DNA from: an uncultured Gammaproteobacteria bacterium
Lineage (GTDB): Bacteria; Patescibacteriota; Microgenomatia; UBA10105; UBA927
DNA: 64,000 nucleotides
Assembly: GCA_964527425.1 (NCBI GenBank)
Contig: CAZGOA010000001.1
Coordinates: forward strand, 98,435-162,434
Direction: 5' to 3'
The notes below the pieces were generated by a model that was not told the DNA's origin, did not search any database, and saw only the letters and a list, made by a program, of their open reading frames with translations. The translations under genes and the position numbers were made by a program. How positions within the stretch are numbered: the stretch's first letter is position 1; each line of letters opens with the position of its first letter. This document shows positions 29,275-38,936 of this stretch, piece by piece.

Positions 29275-30570
29275 TTATGCATTTGTATGATTTAGTGAAG
29301 ATTTTGGTGAGCTAAATACTGTTCTTAATACTTCTATGTTGTTTTTTGCTTTATGGAGATATGCAGGGAGTGATTTTTTTAGTACTTCTCTATATAACTT
29401 TCTCCCATTTACTAAATTGTTAAAAGTATAGTCTAACGTATCTAGTGACACTTGATTTATTGGAATAACCCACTCACTTAAATTTAAATCTTTCATAATT
29501 CCAATAGTTTTATTCTCATAGGCTATTGCAATTGTAGGGACATACCCGGTTAGTGCAAGAATAGCTGAATGCATACGAGTAGCAACTAAATAATTTGCAG
29601 ATTCATATAGAGATTTAATTTCATATGTCGATAGTTCTTCTTTAATAACAATAACTTTGTCTGGTGATTTTAGCTTATTAATTAATGTATTAATTACTTT
29701 GCTGTCATCATCATTATGTAAAGTAGATGTACATTGAGGTACTAATACTACCTGGATATTGTTATTTAACAAAAGCTTTTCGATAAATAACTGTATAGAT
29801 TTTAAATAATATGAATAAATTGGTTCTTTTAAACGCTTAACAGTAATCATTACAACAGTTTTTTTTGTATTTATTCCAAATCTATTAAATAACATTAAAG
29901 ATGAAAATTTTATAGTGGATTTAAAAAGAAATGCCGCATCTACAGATCGATAAATAATATTTGGTTTAACTCCGATTTTTTTTAGATACGACATAGATAT
30001 ATCTTCTCTGACTAGAATTGCTTGAGTAAAATTTAAGATATATGATACATACCATTCTTGTAATTTTGATTTAAATGAACCAATAGATTGTGAGTATAAA
30101 CATACAGGTTTTCTGAGTATTTTTGCAAGTAAAAATACATGTAGATGAAGTATGAGAGTTATATAGGTATTTATCGATTTATCACCTACTAAATATCCTC
30201 CACCTGTTCCAATAACTAAATTAGATTTTTTTAACTTTAATAAAAATGTATTTAATTCTGCTGAAAAAAGAAAATAAATATTTATACCAATAAACTTATT
30301 AAGCAAAGCCCAAATGAGTGTGTTTGAGATTAGATAGCATGTTTTTATAAATCTTAAAATACTATTACTATGCTTATAAATCGCTTCATAAAAAATAGAA
30401 GTCAATAATAAGACTTCTTTATCTATTTTAGATTCTTCTAAACCTGCCATTGAAGATATCGATACATTTACATTTGGATATACTTTCCTTAACTGTGCGA
30501 TTAGACTGATGAGGATTGCAGCGTCTCCTTTATTTTTATTAGAATAATAGTTAGTAATTAATACATCCAT
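29275..30570 (-). CDS. Polysaccharide pyruvyl transferase (CsaB/WcaK family)
   Basis: 431 aa. The N-terminal LITNYYSNKNKGDAAILISL matches the GxxNxGD motif of PS_pyruv_trans. The C-terminal VATRMHSAILALTGYVPTIAIAYENK matches the conserved RxH...G.P...Y..K block. Confidence 0.6.
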   Translation of the reverse strand: MDVLITNYYSNKNKGDAAILISLIAQLRKVYPNVNVSISSMAGLEESKIDKEVLLLTSIFYEAIYKHSNSILRFIKTCYLISNTLIWALLNKFIGINIYFLFSAELNTFLLKLKKSNLVIGTGGGYLVGDKSINTYITLILHLHVFLLAKILRKPVCLYSQSIGSFKSKLQEWYVSYILNFTQAILVREDISMSYLKKIGVKPNIIYRSVDAAFLFKSTIKFSSLMLFNRFGINTKKTVVMITVKRLKEPIYSYYLKSIQLFIEKLLLNNNIQVVLVPQCTSTLHNDDDSKVINTLINKLKSPDKVIVIKEELSTYEIKSLYESANYLVATRMHSAILALTGYVPTIAIAYENKTIGIMKDLNLSEWVIPINQVSLDTLDYTFNNLVNGRKLYREVLKKSLPAYLHKAKNNIEVLRTVFSSPKSSLNHTNA

Positions 30571-30571
30571 A

Positions 30572-31669
30572 TTAATTACCTTTCACAAACTGGAGATAGG
30601 AAGAATATTGTTCTGTTACCGTATCCCAAGAAAATTGACTTGAAATCCCCATACAATTTCTTTTCAATACGTCTCTTAATTTTTTGTTTTTAATTATTTC
30701 TACAATATTATGGCCCAGTTTAAATTCATCAAAGGGCTTTGTCTTTATAGAGACTTTATTACTAAGCCACTTAAGGCCATCAATATCAAAACAAATTATT
30801 GGCGTAGCTGAAACGATAGATTCTATAGCTGTTAGACTTTGTCCTTCAAATCTAGAGGGCATTAGTAAACAGATTGCATTACTCAGCAATTGTTGTTTAT
30901 TCTTTCCTTTTACATAGCCAAGTAATTTTACATTTGATTCTAAATCATATTTTTTTACTAGTTTTTTTATTATTTCGGTATCTTGCTCTGAACCTGTTCC
31001 AGCTATATACAACATCGTTTTACATTTTTTTACTACATTAGAAAAAGCAGGAATCAACAAATCTAATCCTTTTTGTGCTATTTCCAATCTACCCATAAAT
31101 AAAACATAATTTTCTTTAGACTTTGAAATCTTTTTTATGGGTACTAGATCCGTTGCATTGGAAATTACTTTTACATTACATGACTTATTTATTTTCAGTA
31201 TTTTTTCTTTCTGGTTTTCTGTAAGTGCAATTATGTATTTATATTGTCTTATACCTAGCCTCTCAATCCATGTAAATGGTAGTTTATATTGTTTTGATTT
31301 CTGTTCTGCATCTAGAAAATGAGTCACTCCAATTACCGGTTTTTTTGTAAAAATAGGTAAAAAGGAAGTGGTAAAAGGCGGTGTAAAACTCTCAATCCAA
31401 ATATCATGTTTTTCAATTAATACATAAAAAGGAAGTATTACAGAATAAATTAATTGTCCAATTTTAGGTCCAAATATGCTTGTAGAAATGAATTTATACT
31501 TAACACCATTTATTATTCTTGATGATTGAACACCCGGATAAGAACCAGTAATTACTATAACATCGTTATTTTTGCTTAACACAGAAGAAACTTTATTCAT
31601 AACAACAGCACCGCCACCACTATAATATGGGTTTTTTATACTGTCGTATGTAGAAATTAATAGTTTCAT
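30572..31669 (-). CDS. Glycosyltransferase family 4 (GT-B, RfaB-like)
   Basis: 365 aa. FMGRLEIAQKGLDLLIPAF...LYIAGTGSE...LLMPSRFEGQSLTAIESIVSATPII is the GT4 E-x7-E region. Confidence 0.75.
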   Translation of the reverse strand: MKLLISTYDSIKNPYYSGGGAVVMNKVSSVLSKNNDVIVITGSYPGVQSSRIINGVKYKFISTSIFGPKIGQLIYSVILPFYVLIEKHDIWIESFTPPFTTSFLPIFTKKPVIGVTHFLDAEQKSKQYKLPFTWIERLGIRQYKYIIALTENQKEKILKINKSCNVKVISNATDLVPIKKISKSKENYVLFMGRLEIAQKGLDLLIPAFSNVVKKCKTMLYIAGTGSEQDTEIIKKLVKKYDLESNVKLLGYVKGKNKQQLLSNAICLLMPSRFEGQSLTAIESIVSATPIICFDIDGLKWLSNKVSIKTKPFDEFKLGHNIVEIIKNKKLRDVLKRNCMGISSQFSWDTVTEQYSSYLQFVKGN

Positions 31670-31671
31670 GT

Positions 31672-33510
31672 TTAAAATAAACTTTTTTTTGTAGAATTAA
31701 TAACTTGCCACTTAAGAGGAAAATTATTATATTCTTTTCTAGCTTTATACTTTGAATATACTCCGACAATAAAACTTAAGAGACTGGGTAATGGCTTTTT
31801 TATTAATTCAATAAGCTGTGAAGTATACAAATAAAAAATTGGTAATTCATATTCTTCATTAACCAAATTGCCAAAATTTTTCTTTAATAAATGTTTATTC
31901 ATATTGTTACGAGAATTCCATTGAATATACTCAAATAACGTGCTTGGGAAAATGAAATAACCAACAGCTGCACGAACATGCTTATATGTGAATCCGAACT
32001 TTATACAGGATAGATATAAATAACTATCAACATTACCTAATTCTTCTTTGCTTACTATTCCAGATTTTTTTATAAAATCGTTAGATAATACTAGAATTTT
32101 GCCATCGCAAGTATATTTATTATCACCATTGCGATAGAGATATCTTGCTCGCTCATATGCATTAAATGAAGCAAGACACGCTCTTTGAATAAAATTTTTT
32201 GTACCTAAAGGCTGAGGATTTCCACTTACAAGTCCTACATTTGATTCTGATCTAAAAGGTTTTATAAGTTTGTTTAAAAAATTTTTGTCTTTTATTAGGA
32301 CGTCATCATTGATCAATACAAAAACATCAGACTTATTATTTATAATTAATTGTTTAAAAGCTCCCTGAAAACCTAAGCGTTCTTTACCTTCGATAATTCT
32401 TAATTTATTTTTTTTAATTTTTCTCAAAAATTCAAGCGTTGAGTCAGTACTTTTATCACAATAAACAATAATTGATTTATATTTAAATAAAGTAGTTGAC
32501 TGGTTTATAAGAGAATGGACTAAATTTTCTATATTGTCTTGATTATTATAAGTTGGTATTCCAACAGTTAGAGAGAGCTTTTTAGTACTTTTTCTTTCAA
32601 TACTTACTACAGGTTTTTTGGTGGAACTAGATATATGCCAAATCCCATCATTATTTCTATTTATTCTCTTATAAAACTTTGTGTAAATTAAAATAATTAT
32701 ATAGCTTATTAAATGAATAGGTTTTAAAAAAGAATATTTTACTAACATTTTACCTATTGGGACTAGTGGCATATTATATTCCTTTTCAATATCGTTTCCG
32801 AAAAACTTTTTCATTCCATTAACAGAACTCTTAAATCTACTACTTTGTTTTAGATGATCTAAAAAATTATCTGGAAGTCTGTAATATATTTTCGTCCCAG
32901 TAAAATATTCAACATCCATTTTTTTTCTTTTTGCGAAAAAATAAATGTATGCATCAGTTCCAACAGTATTTGGTATATTTATTTGTTTATATAGATTTTT
33001 TTTCATCACTAGAAGCGCCCCTCTAAACGCGTAAACATTTTTACCTTTTCTAAAATTTCTTATGACGAATTCTTTAATTTCTACACTTGTAGAAAGCATC
33101 TTTTCAAAAAAACTGTTAGGTTTGACTGGCATTGCTTGAACTGATAACAATGAAATACTATTGTTATAGTTCAATTTATCAATAATTTTAAAGAGCGTAT
33201 CCTTCCTAAGAAAACAATCAGCATCAACTAGAATAACAAAGTCAGATTTACTTTTTTTAAATATTTGATTCAGTCTATAATATTTTCCTTTTCTTTCTTT
33301 TCCGTTAATTAAATGAATTTTATTGCTTTTGAATGATTTGATTATGTTAACTGTTTTATCAGTGCATCCATCTGATGCAATAATAATCTTATCAAGTACA
33401 TAATTACCAGTTTTTTGATTTAAAATGGCTGAAATAATATTTCCAATATTGTTCTCTTCGTTATATGCAGGTATGCCAATTGATAATGTAACTCTATTTA
33501 TTTTTTTCAT
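31672..33510 (-). CDS. Tandem double-GT2-domain glycosyltransferase
   Basis: 612 aa. Domain 1 is LSIGIPAYNEENNIGNII...IIASDGCTDKT...VDADCF. Domain 2 is LTVGIPTYNNQDNIENLV...YCDKSTDST...INDDVL. That gives two complete GT-A folds in one polypeptide. Confidence 0.75.
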   Translation of the reverse strand: MKKINRVTLSIGIPAYNEENNIGNIISAILNQKTGNYVLDKIIIASDGCTDKTVNIIKSFKSNKIHLINGKERKGKYYRLNQIFKKSKSDFVILVDADCFLRKDTLFKIIDKLNYNNSISLLSVQAMPVKPNSFFEKMLSTSVEIKEFVIRNFRKGKNVYAFRGALLVMKKNLYKQINIPNTVGTDAYIYFFAKRKKMDVEYFTGTKIYYRLPDNFLDHLKQSSRFKSSVNGMKKFFGNDIEKEYNMPLVPIGKMLVKYSFLKPIHLISYIIILIYTKFYKRINRNNDGIWHISSSTKKPVVSIERKSTKKLSLTVGIPTYNNQDNIENLVHSLINQSTTLFKYKSIIVYCDKSTDSTLEFLRKIKKNKLRIIEGKERLGFQGAFKQLIINNKSDVFVLINDDVLIKDKNFLNKLIKPFRSESNVGLVSGNPQPLGTKNFIQRACLASFNAYERARYLYRNGDNKYTCDGKILVLSNDFIKKSGIVSKEELGNVDSYLYLSCIKFGFTYKHVRAAVGYFIFPSTLFEYIQWNSRNNMNKHLLKKNFGNLVNEEYELPIFYLYTSQLIELIKKPLPSLLSFIVGVYSKYKARKEYNNFPLKWQVINSTKKSLF

Positions 33511-34675
33511 ATTTATTCATCCAATTATTTAATGACTCAGCTACACTTCGCCATGTGTGATGTTTTGTGTACTCAATGTTATTTTTCTGAATTACATCCA
33601 TTTCTTTTTTATTCGATGTATTCATTACATACTTAATTTTGTCTGCAAGGGTTTTGCTATCGTTGGTATCTACTAAATATCCATTCACTGCATCTTTCAC
33701 TAAATATTTTAGTGCTGTATTGTTTGCTACAATTACTACTTTTCCTTGACTCATTGCTTCATGTACTACATTGCAAAAACTTTCCCATCGTGCCATATGC
33801 ACCATCATTTCACTGTTGCGAATAAGATAAAATTTATCATCCCCTCTTACTACACCTACGAAGTGAACTCTATTAGTTAATCTTAAAGAGGCAATCATTC
33901 TTTTTAATTTTTCTAAATAATAATAATCACCTATGGGACCGGCTATTACATAATGAATATGTTGAGGAAGTGCTGCTAAAGCTTTTATTGTTGTTTCGTA
34001 ATTTTTAATGGTATAAATTCTTCCAATTTGGATGATATATGGTTTCCAGGAAGCAACATCTTTTATTAACTTATTGTTTACGATACTATCTTTTTCAATA
34101 TATCCTTCATCTTCTATACCATTAGGAATAGTTATAACGTTAGATTTACGTACACCATGTTTAATAATTTCATGTCTTTCCCATTCAGAAACTGCTCTCA
34201 CACTATTTACTGTTGAATTAATCAATACTGTGCCAACTGTATAGTGGTATATCTTCTTAAACAACTTGGTTATTGGTGAAAAAATTTCCCAGTCTGGAGT
34301 AAATCCACCATGAGGAATTAGAATCAGTTTGGGTGTGGGTAAATGAAATAATCTTCTTATTCCAACATATGCCATAAGAAATGCATGAGGAACAATATTA
34401 AAATTATGAAGTGCAACAATATCAGCACCACCCCAGGAAATACTTGGCCAAAAACCATACCACTTCCACAAATAGCGTTTAATTGAAAGGTTTCTTAATT
34501 GTTCTTTTCTTTTTAGAATATTTATCTCAGTTAAAGTATTTGTTGATGTATGTATTACAACATTCCAATTTTTTTCTGCTAATACACTATATGTTTCTAA
34601 CATATTTGTTTCTATGCCTGCTGCCACAGGATAAAAATATTTAACTATAGCATGTACTGTTTTTTTGCTACGCAT
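33494..34675 (-). CDS. Glycosyltransferase family 4
   Basis: 393 aa. FVGVVRGDDKFYLIRNSEMMVHMARWESFCNVVHEAMSQGKVVIV is the GT4 EX7E-type motif. Confidence 0.75.
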   Translation of the reverse strand: MRSKKTVHAIVKYFYPVAAGIETNMLETYSVLAEKNWNVVIHTSTNTLTEINILKRKEQLRNLSIKRYLWKWYGFWPSISWGGADIVALHNFNIVPHAFLMAYVGIRRLFHLPTPKLILIPHGGFTPDWEIFSPITKLFKKIYHYTVGTVLINSTVNSVRAVSEWERHEIIKHGVRKSNVITIPNGIEDEGYIEKDSIVNNKLIKDVASWKPYIIQIGRIYTIKNYETTIKALAALPQHIHYVIAGPIGDYYYLEKLKRMIASLRLTNRVHFVGVVRGDDKFYLIRNSEMMVHMARWESFCNVVHEAMSQGKVVIVANNTALKYLVKDAVNGYLVDTNDSKTLADKIKYVMNTSNKKEMDVIQKNNIEYTKHHTWRSVAESLNNWMNKYEKNK

Positions 34676-35468
34676 ATATTTCTCCTACAATTTTCTTGAT
34701 TGTCCCTCTTACGGCTGTAACTGTTGGAGATGCAAGAACTTTGAATTCTTTAAGTGTGTGACTTCCATCTACACCAATTCTTGGGATTGCAAATTTATTT
34801 GTGTTATTCGTGATGGAGCCATCATCCATAGAAAAAGCTACTTTATATCCTGATTTCGCAACTAACTCAAGAATCTGGTTGTTATACATACCCTTTGGAT
34901 AACAGAAAGCACTGACAGGTTTCCCAATGATTTTTTCAAGTTGTACTTTTGCGCCAATAATTTCTTTATTTAATGATTCTTTATTGCACTGTGTTAATAC
35001 TGGATGTGTTGCTGAATGACAGCCTATATCCCATAGTTCTCCTAATGCTTTTAACTTTTGAGGTGACAGCAAGGTAAGGTTTGTATTTAATACTGATCTA
35101 TTTGCGTTATTAGGATCTGATAATACAAATACCAATGGTTTAATACCTAATTTATTAAGTAAAGGTTTTGTAGAATATATATTTTCATATCCATCATCAA
35201 ACGTAATAAGAAAAGATTTTTCTTTTAATTCTTTTTTCCCAGTAACATATTCATATATATCTTTATATGAAATAGGATTACCCCAATGTACTAATACTTT
35301 CATCTGTTGCTCAAATGATTTTAAAGAAACTGAATAGCGCCAGTTGTCATTAGAAATACTGTGATAACACAAAACAGCAATTCTTGCTTGTCTATTTAAC
35401 ACTGAATCAATAAATGATGCTCCCTGATACACTGTATTACGAATAATATCTATTGGTTTTGCGTTCAT
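34668..35468 (-). CDS. Polysaccharide deacetylase (NodB/CE4 family)
   Basis: 266 aa. RIAVLCYHSIS...ITFDDGYENIY (TFDDG motif)...LVFVLSD...GCHSATHP (H-x-x-x-H-like). These are canonical CE4 motifs. Confidence 0.75.
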   Translation of the reverse strand: MNAKPIDIIRNTVYQGASFIDSVLNRQARIAVLCYHSISNDNWRYSVSLKSFEQQMKVLVHWGNPISYKDIYEYVTGKKELKEKSFLITFDDGYENIYSTKPLLNKLGIKPLVFVLSDPNNANRSVLNTNLTLLSPQKLKALGELWDIGCHSATHPVLTQCNKESLNKEIIGAKVQLEKIIGKPVSAFCYPKGMYNNQILELVAKSGYKVAFSMDDGSITNNTNKFAIPRIGVDGSHTLKEFKVLASPTVTAVRGTIKKIVGEIYA

Positions 35469-36391
35469 ATGTTTTTAGTGCTGACAGCACTCCAAGTATC
35501 TACCTGTTTTTTTATATTCACGGTTACTATCCGAAGCCATGAAAAAATAAATATATACAAGAATGTTTCTAGAGGATGTGTAATTATCAGCATACCTGCT
35601 CTAAAGGCAGCTTTAATTACCGTAATTATTGAAATATTGAATTCTTTGTTAACTAAATCAGAATCAAACACAGTAGTCATTAATTGCTTTGCTTCTGCAT
35701 ATCGAATACTTTGTTTTGTATGATCACTCATAGTACTAGGTAAACGATAAATTACTGACGCATCTACTACATACGAAAAACGCATTCTCCTTGAAATACA
35801 TGAAAAATATGAATACATATCTTCACCTTCATTCATTTCAAATCTAAATTGTGAATACAGTTTTTTTGAAAAGGCTCTGATAGGTCCGTGACAGTGATAC
35901 ACATTACTTCCCTCATTATGAGTTGCAAAAAGAATTGCTTTTAATTTCATGCTCACACTTAAAATATTTTCTAATACTGTTCTTGGTTGCGACTCAAGAA
36001 TTGCACCAGAAGTAAGATCTGCTTGGCGTTTCTTTACAGGTAAAACAATTTTTTCTATCGTTTTTTTGTCAATAATACGAACATCTCCATCAAGTAACAC
36101 GAGTGCATCTGTTGAACTCATTGAAAACAATTCATTTTGTCTAATAGCTTTTCCTAATCTTATTGATCGTTCAACTATATGTATTCTTGGATCTTTAACT
36201 GCTTTTGCTTCTTTTACTGTATTATCTGTACTCCCGTCAGAAATTATTAAAATAGATCTTATGTCTACTGAATCTAATTCTTGATTAAGGATATCTTGTA
36301 TAAGAAGTCTAATAGACTTAGCTTCATTGTAGGCAGGTATTCCAATCGTAACAGTAAATTTTCTCATACTTTTTTTATTGCCTTTACACAA
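35465..36391 (-). CDS. Glycosyltransferase family 2
   Basis: 308 aa. FTVTIGIPAYNEAKSIRLLIQDILNQ...IISDGSTDNTV...LLDGDV. Confidence 0.8.
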   Translation of the reverse strand: MCKGNKKSMRKFTVTIGIPAYNEAKSIRLLIQDILNQELDSVDIRSILIISDGSTDNTVKEAKAVKDPRIHIVERSIRLGKAIRQNELFSMSSTDALVLLDGDVRIIDKKTIEKIVLPVKKRQADLTSGAILESQPRTVLENILSVSMKLKAILFATHNEGSNVYHCHGPIRAFSKKLYSQFRFEMNEGEDMYSYFSCISRRMRFSYVVDASVIYRLPSTMSDHTKQSIRYAEAKQLMTTVFDSDLVNKEFNISIITVIKAAFRAGMLIITHPLETFLYIFIFSWLRIVTVNIKKQVDTWSAVSTKNI

Positions 36392-37068
36392 GTAACACAG
36401 GGAAAATTTGGATCATTAAAATCTAATTCTTCTTTCGTAAGTTCTTCTTGACTCATTCCTACCCAAAAACATTGTCCGCTATATACATTCCCAAAAGTCT
36501 GAATAGTAACATTTTCATTCTTAAATATTTTTTCGAATAATATTTTTGCACCACCTGGCATAATTCTCCAGTTACCAGAGTTTCCTTCAAAAATAGGAGC
36601 AAAGCAGGCGTTCGTTACTAACGCTACTCCACCGGGTTTTAATATTCTATGAATTTCTTTTACGGCTGCAGGTAAATCATTAATTAGACCCAATACATGA
36701 GTTAAAATAATTGTGTCAAATGTATTATCTTTAATATCTACTAAACTTTGTAAATCGCCGTATATCGTAGCTTTTTTATTATCACGATTAATGTCAAGAA
36801 TTTCTCTTTTTGTTACGTGTTCATTACCGAACTGTTTGGTGTATCGATCGTCTCCAATTTCAAGACAAACACCTTTAATAACATTTTTGTGTTTTCGTAT
36901 GAATGACTCAATCCAATATCGATCAATAGGAGTCCCTCTATCGTATCCAAATTTTGTACTTAAAGGTTTTAATTTTTTGGTAACTAAGGGGTATTTATTA
37001 GCTGGATTGATTCTTAATAAAATAACTGCGCGAATGTTAGAAAGTAATATTAATAACTTGTCTTTCAT
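36364..37068 (-). CDS. Class I SAM-dependent methyltransferase
   Basis: 234 aa. VCLEIGDDRY is motif I (E/DxGxG-like), and ILTHVLGLINDLPAAVKEIHRILKPGGVALVT is motif II/III of Methyltransf_11/12 type. Overlaps both neighbours. Confidence 0.7.
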   Translation of the reverse strand: MKDKLLILLSNIRAVILLRINPANKYPLVTKKLKPLSTKFGYDRGTPIDRYWIESFIRKHKNVIKGVCLEIGDDRYTKQFGNEHVTKREILDINRDNKKATIYGDLQSLVDIKDNTFDTIILTHVLGLINDLPAAVKEIHRILKPGGVALVTNACFAPIFEGNSGNWRIMPGGAKILFEKIFKNENVTIQTFGNVYSGQCFWVGMSQEELTKEELDFNDPNFPCVTCVKAIKKV

Positions 37069-38936
37069 AATGAAACTCCTTTTGTGCTAAAGGATTGAAA
37101 GGCACCTAATTGTGATCCAATATCTAATACTGACTGATATCTCAATCTACTTTTGGGATGTGAATTAGTCATCAAATTTTGTAGTGAACAGTTAATCATA
37201 AGACTGGCAATTGGTAGTTGTAAGTTTCTTTTATAACTCTTGGCTAATAATGATTTGAGCAACATTGAAGCCACAGTCAGATTTGTTTTTCGGCTTGATA
37301 TTGATGCAATTACATCATAGTGAGGATAGGTTATTCTCATTTGTTCACAATCAATAATGCCAATATATCCTTTTCCTAAAAATATATTTTCACCATGTAA
37401 ATCCCCATGGGTAAGTACATATTCTTTTTCATTGAGCAATGAAGGAACACCACGCAGCAACAATCCAATTACCCGAATAAACAAAAAGATTTTCTTAGGA
37501 CTCTTTTTGATTAAAACAACTATTACCAATGGCAAGAACAAAAGAAAATGTTTTAGCGTTCTTTGTCCAATAATATATTTTTCTTCCTGTGTTAGATGGT
37601 TGGTTAATTCCTGTAGAAAATCAATTACAGTCTTTACACTTGTTAACTGTGCTTTGGGACTACTAAATGATAGTGTTTCTCTGCCTTCAATATATGAACG
37701 CATTAAGATAAGTCTATTTTGTTGTTCATTATAAGAAATAAATGACGGCAACAATACTTTGCTATTTTTTAATGAACTTGTAACACGTCTAATAGCTTTT
37801 GTTAACACTTGATATACAGCAATTTCATGTCGCAAATTAATATAAGAGAGTGTTTTTCGTTTGCCTTCCCATAGTTTAACAATAACTCGTTCATGTTTTT
37901 TATTCTGGTATACACCTACTGATATATTTGTTTGTTTGTTTGATGAAAGTACATCAACTAGTGCATAACCAGATATTCGTTTTGGTAATCTTGATAGGTG
38001 TTCTTGATTAATTCCGAAGATGACTTCCCTTAGCGCAATACAAATTTTTTTCATAATAGATACCTGCGGTATATACTTGTATTCAGTCGGAATTTTATCT
38101 ATCTCCAATAAAAACTTTATAACACTCTTTCTCATTCTGATTTTTAGATTTCTATCGGTTAAAAAAAGTGTTGCAATAAATATTCCTAAAGAAATATGAT
38201 AATTCGATAGAGTTTTATATTTTAATAAAACCTTTCTCATTTTTGCGTCATCCCATCGGTTAATTAAGAGCATAAGGAAATCCCAATCTTTTACAGTAAA
38301 AGCGGCATATGGCCAATCAACAATTACTTCTTTTTTTCCATGCTTTAGTATGTTTTTGAGGTGTATATCTCTGTGGGCAAAGTATGAAGCTTGTTCTTGA
38401 AATAATTGAATTGCACCATTAATAAATATCTTTAAACTGTGAAAGTAAAGAAAAAATAATTCTGGAAAAGCTATAAGTGCTTTGATTAAGATATATGGAT
38501 AACTCAATACTAATAACCAACCTGGCCTTGAAGGTATTACAGAATTTTTTTTATTTTCTAACTTTTTTGTTAAAGAAGAAATATTTGTAAGCATTCGTAA
38601 TACAGTAGTTATTTTAGTTTTTTGTGAAAAATGAATAAGTTCTTTTGAAGATATATATGGAAACAAAACGATAAATCTCCATTTTTGTTTAACCACACCT
38701 ACAACAGGTAACACAAAGGAGAATTTGTGTTTTTCTAGCAGCTGTAAAATTGCAACCTCTCGTTCTAGCAGTAATCTTTTTTTAGATCGCTGACTTCCAG
38801 AATACCCTTTAGCAAAAAATTTTTTACCATGTTTATCTTTATAAATTGCATAGACATATGCTGTTTGATTTATATATGAAAACCGATTCACAAAATAAGA
38901 ATTATCAATTTTTTCAGGGAATATTGGATCAGTCAT
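37065..38936 (-). CDS. Tandem protein-kinase-like / aminoglycoside-phosphotransferase-like (PKL-fold) double-domain protein
   Basis: 623 aa. Module 1 has FFAKGY (beta3 Lys), HRDIHLKNIL (catalytic loop) and VIVDWPY (DFG-equivalent). Module 2 has VIVKLWEGKRK, HGDLHGENIF (Brenner motif) and IIDCEQM. Two kinase-like catalytic cores in tandem. Confidence 0.5.
   Translation of the reverse strand: MTDPIFPEKIDNSYFVNRFSYINQTAYVYAIYKDKHGKKFFAKGYSGSQRSKKRLLLEREVAILQLLEKHKFSFVLPVVGVVKQKWRFIVLFPYISSKELIHFSQKTKITTVLRMLTNISSLTKKLENKKNSVIPSRPGWLLVLSYPYILIKALIAFPELFFLYFHSLKIFINGAIQLFQEQASYFAHRDIHLKNILKHGKKEVIVDWPYAAFTVKDWDFLMLLINRWDDAKMRKVLLKYKTLSNYHISLGIFIATLFLTDRNLKIRMRKSVIKFLLEIDKIPTEYKYIPQVSIMKKICIALREVIFGINQEHLSRLPKRISGYALVDVLSSNKQTNISVGVYQNKKHERVIVKLWEGKRKTLSYINLRHEIAVYQVLTKAIRRVTSSLKNSKVLLPSFISYNEQQNRLILMRSYIEGRETLSFSSPKAQLTSVKTVIDFLQELTNHLTQEEKYIIGQRTLKHFLLFLPLVIVVLIKKSPKKIFLFIRVIGLLLRGVPSLLNEKEYVLTHGDLHGENIFLGKGYIGIIDCEQMRITYPHYDVIASISSRKTNLTVASMLLKSLLAKSYKRNLQLPIASLMINCSLQNLMTNSHPKSRLRYQSVLDIGSQLGAFQSFSTKGVSL

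Noticed and set aside
37065-38936. Tandem kinase as an anti-phage defence or toxin module
   Set aside because: Its context is purely glycan biosynthesis: it overlaps a methyltransferase and a GT2 in one operon. No partner nuclease, ATPase or abortive-infection hallmarks are present, so the glycan-modification interpretation is better supported.
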